DNA from: an uncultured Gimesia sp.
GTDB lineage: Bacteria; Planctomycetota; Planctomycetia; Planctomycetales; Planctomycetaceae
Assembly (NCBI RefSeq): GCF_937910335.1
Contig: NZ_CALEMX010000207.1
Coordinates: forward strand, 1 to 55,521
Reading direction: 5' to 3'
Length of the DNA: 55,521 nucleotides
The notes beneath the pieces were generated by a model, which was not told the DNA's origin, did no database searches, and saw only the letters and a list, made by a program, of their open reading frames with translations. Numbering within the stretch: the first letter of the stretch is position 1; the number at the start of each line of letters is the position of its first letter. Positions 50,822-55,521 of the stretch are shown one piece after another. The position numbers were made by a program, and so were the translations under genes.

Positions 50822-51211
50822 TTATGAAACAAACGACTCCCGAATGGGATCTTTTGATAACTCTATCAGAGTAAGAACACCTAGGACTGTTCCAAAAGGC
50901 ATGAAAATACAACTAATACCACTCACGATCTGACAGAATCGATAATTCGATTTTGCTTCGAGATAACGCGAACACATAAACATTGAGATAGCTAGAGCCA
51001 CACCACAAGAAATAAATATCAGTGGAATAATGGTAAACACTAATCCAAATATGAATGGAGGAGCAACATCCTCGGATTTAAAACCACCTGCCATAATGGC
51101 AATTCCGATAATGAGATGTATGCATGGGAATAGCGAAAACAAAAACATAATCACGCCTACGATCTTATAAAACATTGCTAACAGGCCTATGTTATCTTGT
51201 TTTTCAACCAT
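50822..51211 (-). CDS. Hypothetical AT-rich membrane protein
   Basis: Three hydrophobic segments; C...PFGTVLGV.TLI.L....IR..F C-terminus. Confidence 0.78.
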   Translation of the reverse strand: MVEKQDNIGLLAMFYKIVGVIMFLFSLFPCIHLIIGIAIMAGGFKSEDVAPPFIFGLVFTIIPLIFISCGVALAISMFMCSRYLEAKSNYRFCQIVSGISCIFMPFGTVLGVLTLIELSKDPIRESFVS

Positions 51212-51481
51212 GATTAAATTCCTGTGATCATACAATTGTTATATGTGACCAAGCTGTAGTGAGAACCGGCGATGGTCGTCAACGCATTGTGGTAAACGAC
51301 ATTGTAGCAATTGAAATTCAGCTGCCAAGCTTTTAGTGTCGCAGGGTTGTTGTCAAACAAGAGGAAACTGTCTGGCTATTTGGTCGAATGAGATCTAAAG
51401 AATCGATCTCTCATTACCGAAAACAGGACGATCACGATTGATTGTTCTGTTGCTCTGTCAGATTCCTGCTCGCTGTGCTCG

Positions 51482-51549
51482 GCCCGAATTGCATTCGGGC
51501 TTACCCGTCTTTCATGATCACTGGTGGCGATCCACCCAGTACCACACGG
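51482..51549 (+). repeat. GCCCGAAT-TGC-ATTCGGGC palindrome followed by REP-like hairpin variant, copy G
   Basis: Palindrome at 51482-51500; CACTGGTGGCGATCCACCCAGTACCACACGG at 51519-51549. Confidence 0.7.
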
Positions 51550-51641
51550 ACGCATTTACGTGTTTTGTGTGGGGTTTATGCAGTTCCGGATATTCATCTC
51601 GAGGTCTGTGTGGCTATGGCATAAAATGTGTGGCTGGTTTT

Positions 51642-52097
51642 TTAGGTGACTTCTTTGCTGATTCTCTGGTAGGCGGCATCAAGTTCTTCGTCGGTCATGT
51701 TTTTGATGTCTTCGGGGGAGATTTCGTTTACCCATGGATCAGGTTTAAAGCGGATTGCTGATTCGGCGCCAATGAGTTTGTCGATGCGTTCGCGGGCGTG
51801 CATACGGTCGCGCGTGCTTGATTCTGGTGAATCGATGATGCTGCGATAAAAGTAGAAGGAATCTGCGCGGTGCTGTTCCACTGAGATTTCCAAACGTTCC
51901 AGCATTTCCCGGCGGGCACTGCTGATGTAACGTTCGACGGAACGGGGGCTGAGATGGAACTGATCGGCGATGGCGGTTTTGATTTCGGAAGAATATCTTC
52001 CGAGACCAATCATTTTTTTAATGAGCCGCAAGATTAATGTTCGTTGTTCTTTTGTCATACGCTGTCTGGGTTTTGGAGTGGGTTGGGAGGTGTTCAT
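51642..52097 (-). CDS. HTH protein, terminase-small-subunit-like
   Basis: IADQFHLSPRSVERYI HTH, ARERIDKLIG and C-terminal DIKNMTDEEL; AGGA RBS. Confidence 0.7.
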   Translation of the reverse strand: MNTSQPTPKPRQRMTKEQRTLILRLIKKMIGLGRYSSEIKTAIADQFHLSPRSVERYISSARREMLERLEISVEQHRADSFYFYRSIIDSPESSTRDRMHARERIDKLIGAESAIRFKPDPWVNEISPEDIKNMTDEELDAAYQRISKEVT

Positions 52098-52509
52098 GAA
52101 TTGGTTTCCTGTTTTATGCTGGTGGTCTGTCAGTTTGATAACGCACAGGTTGCATCATGCGGAAGGGCGCGCCGGGGTCAAGCGAATTTTTTTGATTGAA
52201 ACGTGGAAGAGAGTTGGCGAAATGTTATTAATCGCGGGGTCATATGAGTCGAAGTGTGACCGAAGGCCGTCGATGAGATACGAGACAGCGGGAACTGGTG
52301 ACGATTTTGCAGGTGAAGAGTTTCAAAACACAGAGACTTTTATAGTGCTGAGATCTTCAGTGTTCGTAAAAAGCAGTGTGCAAAAAACGCATCACGCGCG
52401 CGACGCGCATCAACGCATGATGGGATTTCCGATGAGCGAGTCAAGAGCGAAAGTGAGCAGTAGATTGAGGGGCGTGGCGCGGTTTAATAAAGTCGCGGCG
52501 AGGTCAAGT

Positions 52510-53886
52510 TCAGTTTTGTTTCAAACGAATACTGACGCTGGCGGCGTGAGCGGTGAGGCCTTCTTTATCGGCGAGGAGGCAGATGCCAGGGGCGTCGTTT
52601 GCCAAAGCCTGCTGGTTGTAGGAGATGACGGAAGAACGTTTGAGGAAATCAATCGAACAGAGGCCATTGGCAAAGCGGGCGGTGCCGCCGGTGGGCAGTA
52701 CGTGCGATGGGCCGGCGTAATAATCGCCTGTCGCAACGGGGGTATAATGGCCCATGAAGATCGCGCCGGCATTTTGGATTTTAGCAAGCAGTTGTTCTGG
52801 ATCGTTCGTGGAAATATGAAGATGTTCGGGAGCCAAGAGATCGGTATAGCGGGCTGCTTCGTCTTCGTCGCGTGTGAGAATCAGGGCGCCGTAGTCGAGC
52901 AGGCTTTGGCGTGCCAGATCGCCGCGCGGGAGTTCGTTGAGTTGCTCGATCAGCGCGGTACGGACGGCTTCGATGAGTGGTGCATGCCAGGTGATGAGGA
53001 CTCCCGAACCGGGGCTGTGTTCGGCTTGCGAGATCAGATCGCTGGCGATGAATTCCGGGTTGGCGGTTTCGTCCGCCAGGACGATGACTTCACTGGGGCC
53101 GGCAATACTGTCGATATCGACTTCGCCGAACACGTGACGCTTGGCGAGGGCGACGAACAGATTACCGGGGCCGACAATTTTATCAACGCGTTCTATGCCT
53201 TCGACACCATAGGCGAGTGCTGCGACGGCTTGTGCACCGCCGACACGATAAATTTCTGTGATGCCCAGTTCATAACAGGCGGCGAGGATGTCGGTGTTGT
53301 AGCCTCCGAAATCGGTGGGAGGCACGACGACGACGATCTCTTTTACGCCTGCAGTTTGTGCGGGGATGGCGGTCATCAGGAGTGTCGAGGGATACGCGGC
53401 TGCACCGCCGGGAATGCAGACTCCGACGCGTTTCAATGGCAGATAGCGTTGTCGCAATTCGACGTGGGCCTCCCCTGCCTCGCGGGTGACTTTGACATCA
53501 TCGGGCAGGAGCGCGGATTGGAATTCGATAATGTTATCGCGAATGGTGCGGAGCGTTTTCAGGTACTCCGCATCGGCCTGTTCGTGAGCGGTTTTGAGTT
53601 CTTCAGCCGAGACACGCATGGTTTCGGGTGTGAGTTTTTTTTGGTCAAGTTTTTCGGAGTAATCGAGGAGTGCATGGCGTCCTTTATCTCGGACATCATT
53701 GCAGATACGTTCGACGACTTCCTGTGGCGAGAGGGGTTCGCCGAAGAGTTCGATCGTGCGTTGACGTCCGGCTTCGGAGACGATGTTGCCGCGCGGGCTG
53801 AGTTTTTCGCGGAGTTCGCTGAAGAGCGCGGTGGCGTCGTCGCGGGTGCAGTCGATGGTTGTGATGTTGAGATCGCTGTGTGTCAT
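52510..53886 (-). CDS. hisD: Histidinol dehydrogenase
   Basis: PGGAAAYPST, GGAQAVAALAYG, KIVGPGN, IDSIAGPSE, SQAEH, PEHL and GPSHVLPT. Confidence 0.97.
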   Translation of the reverse strand: MTHSDLNITTIDCTRDDATALFSELREKLSPRGNIVSEAGRQRTIELFGEPLSPQEVVERICNDVRDKGRHALLDYSEKLDQKKLTPETMRVSAEELKTAHEQADAEYLKTLRTIRDNIIEFQSALLPDDVKVTREAGEAHVELRQRYLPLKRVGVCIPGGAAAYPSTLLMTAIPAQTAGVKEIVVVVPPTDFGGYNTDILAACYELGITEIYRVGGAQAVAALAYGVEGIERVDKIVGPGNLFVALAKRHVFGEVDIDSIAGPSEVIVLADETANPEFIASDLISQAEHSPGSGVLITWHAPLIEAVRTALIEQLNELPRGDLARQSLLDYGALILTRDEDEAARYTDLLAPEHLHISTNDPEQLLAKIQNAGAIFMGHYTPVATGDYYAGPSHVLPTGGTARFANGLCSIDFLKRSSVISYNQQALANDAPGICLLADKEGLTAHAASVSIRLKQN

Positions 53887-53910
53887 TGGTCTGTACTATA
53901 TGAGTCTGTA

Positions 53911-55152
53911 TTATGCGATGCCGGGAACGGGAAAGTTTTGGGTGAATTCCCCAATTTCCCCTTTGACGGCTTCAATATTGGAATCATTATCGGGATCACT
54001 CAGGACGCGGAGAATCCAAGCACCGACTTTTTTCATTTCGTCTTCCTGCATGCCTCGCGTGGTGAGGGCGGCGGTGCCGATGCGGATGCCACTGGGGTCG
54101 AGAGGTTTGCGTTGATCGTAGGGGATCATATTTTTGTTGACTGTGATGCCTGCTTTGTCGAGTGCTTCTTCGGCGATTTTTCCGGAGAGGTCGATTGCGG
54201 TGACATCGCAGAGCATCAGATGGTTGTCGGTTCCGCCGGAAGCGAGTTTGATGCCGCCTGCCATCAGGGTTTCTGCCAATGTTTTGGCGTTCTTGACGAT
54301 TTGCTGAGCGTACTCTTTGAACGAAGGTGCGATCGCTTCTTTGAAGCAGGTTGCTTTGCCGGCGATTACGTGTTCGAGTGGACCGCCCTGAATTCCGGGG
54401 AAGACCTCTCGGTTCAAGTCTTTGGCATATTTCTTTTTCATCAAGACGAAACCGGAACGTGGGCCTCGGAGTGTTTTGTGTGTGGTGGATGTTACGAAGT
54501 CGGCGACTTCGACGGGGTTGTTGTGTACGCCTCCTGCGACGAGTCCGGCGTAGTGCGCCATGTCGACCATCAGGATCGCGCCGACTTCCTGGGCGATTTC
54601 TGCAAACTTGGGGTGATCGATTTCGCGGGGATAAGCAGAGGCACCGGCGATGATCATTTTCGGTTTGTGTTCGCGGGCGAGTTTAGCTACCTGGTCATAG
54701 TCGATCTGGTGGTTGTCTTCCCGTACGCCGTAAGGGACGGGATTGTAGAGTGTGCCGGAGAAATTCAGTTTCATGCCGTGTGTCAAGTGGCCGCCGTGTG
54801 CGAGGTCCATTGCGAGGAAGGTATCACCGGGTTTCAAAACGGTGAAATAGACGGACATGTTGGCCTGGGATCCGGAGTGTGGCTGAACGTTGGCATATTC
54901 GGCACCGAAGAGTTCGCATGCACGTTGGCGTGCGATATCTTCGATGACGTCGACATATTCACAGCCCCCATAGTACCGTCGGCCGGGAAGTCCTTCGGCA
55001 TATTTATTGGTGAGGATCGATCCGGCGGCTTCCATGACGGCTGCGCTGGTGTAATTTTCGGAAGCGATCAGCTCGAGGCCGTGTTTTTGTCTTTTTGCTT
55101 CCGATTTAATAAGGTTCCAGATTTCGGGATCACACGACTCAAGCACGGACAT
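53911..55152 (-). CDS. glyA: Serine hydroxymethyltransferase
   Basis: [21 protein letters not shown] and [11 protein letters not shown] (PLP lysine); start MSVLESCD after a GGA RBS. Confidence 0.98.
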   Translation of the reverse strand: MSVLESCDPEIWNLIKSEAKRQKHGLELIASENYTSAAVMEAAGSILTNKYAEGLPGRRYYGGCEYVDVIEDIARQRACELFGAEYANVQPHSGSQANMSVYFTVLKPGDTFLAMDLAHGGHLTHGMKLNFSGTLYNPVPYGVREDNHQIDYDQVAKLAREHKPKMIIAGASAYPREIDHPKFAEIAQEVGAILMVDMAHYAGLVAGGVHNNPVEVADFVTSTTHKTLRGPRSGFVLMKKKYAKDLNREVFPGIQGGPLEHVIAGKATCFKEAIAPSFKEYAQQIVKNAKTLAETLMAGGIKLASGGTDNHLMLCDVTAIDLSGKIAEEALDKAGITVNKNMIPYDQRKPLDPSGIRIGTAALTTRGMQEDEMKKVGAWILRVLSDPDNDSNIEAVKGEIGEFTQNFPVPGIA

Positions 55153-55390
55153 TCCTATAAACTCCCATGGAAATATAGTCAAAAATCGAGGGTAAAAACG
55201 GTACATGGAGGGTATGTAACTTATTTTGCTCCCTTATAATGAAGGTTTGCTCTGAAAGCTACCCAACAGATTCGCGTATCAGTATCCTCGGAGAAAGTTT
55301 ACTGGTCATGTGAATGATATTTTCGACACACTCACCTGATAACCCCCTTTTTACTCGAAATTCCTTGATTGATACATTATTACTTAACCT

Positions 55391-55521
55391 ATGGCGGAAA
55401 CTGACGAAGAACAACCTGATCAACTGCTACAAGGCTCTCCCGCGTTGCAGGGGGAGCGAGTGGTGTTTACCGGAACGCTTGCCTCGATGACACACCAGAA
55501 AGCCTGGGAGTTCGTTGAACT
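55391..55521 (+). CDS. Partial CDS beginning with a BRCT-like domain (runs off the window)
   Basis: MAETDEEQPDQLLQGSPALQGERVVFTGTLASMTHQKAWEFVE; L.G..VVFTG.L is the BRCT N-terminal pattern. Confidence 0.65.
   Translation, partial: MAETDEEQPDQLLQGSPALQGERVVFTGTLASMTHQKAWEFVE

Noticed and set aside
51970-55239. 1089-aa + strand ORF
   Set aside because: It is an exact codon-register antisense shadow of hisD and glyA, which lie in the same frame. It stays open because those genes contain no TTA, CTA or TCA codons. It has no recognisable motifs.
55153-55390. ZTP or glycine riboswitch upstream of glyA
   Set aside because: I could not find the conserved core motifs on the minus strand by eye; a covariance-model scan would be needed to exclude it fully.

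Overview
A 55.5-kb chromosomal window from a planctomycete, probably Gimesia-like (inferred from two DUF1501 genes, a PSCyt/DUF1549/DUF1553 protein, an ECF-FecR pair, a PQQ-propeller protein and an LRR protein). Recognisable modules: a GH99-like/nucleoside hydrolase/ribokinase/ribose-ABC operon, a penicillin-acylase-family Ntn hydrolase, an ECF sigma/anti-sigma/cytochrome-c/DUF1501 operon, a hydroxyproline catabolism cluster with an AraC regulator, about 8 kb of short co-oriented mostly membrane-protein genes, and core hisD-glyA at the right end. I found no rRNA, tRNA, CRISPR array or intact transposase. The most notable signal is non-coding. A dispersed composite repeat (CTACCACGAAA unit plus a CACTGTYGG..CCRACAGTGGCACCC REP-like hairpin; seven full or partial copies) repeatedly sits at junctions with accessory genes or stranded gene ends. 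At two sites the 3' end of the upstream gene is present twice, and the copies differ almost only at synonymous positions. This pattern suggests REP-associated gene capture with 3'-end allele replacement, which is my inference. Also seen: a probable IS end truncating a propeller gene at the left edge, a frameshifted HEPN-like remnant, an orphan terminase-small-subunit-like HTH gene, and three paralog pairs. Family assignments come from motif recognition only; no database searches were run.
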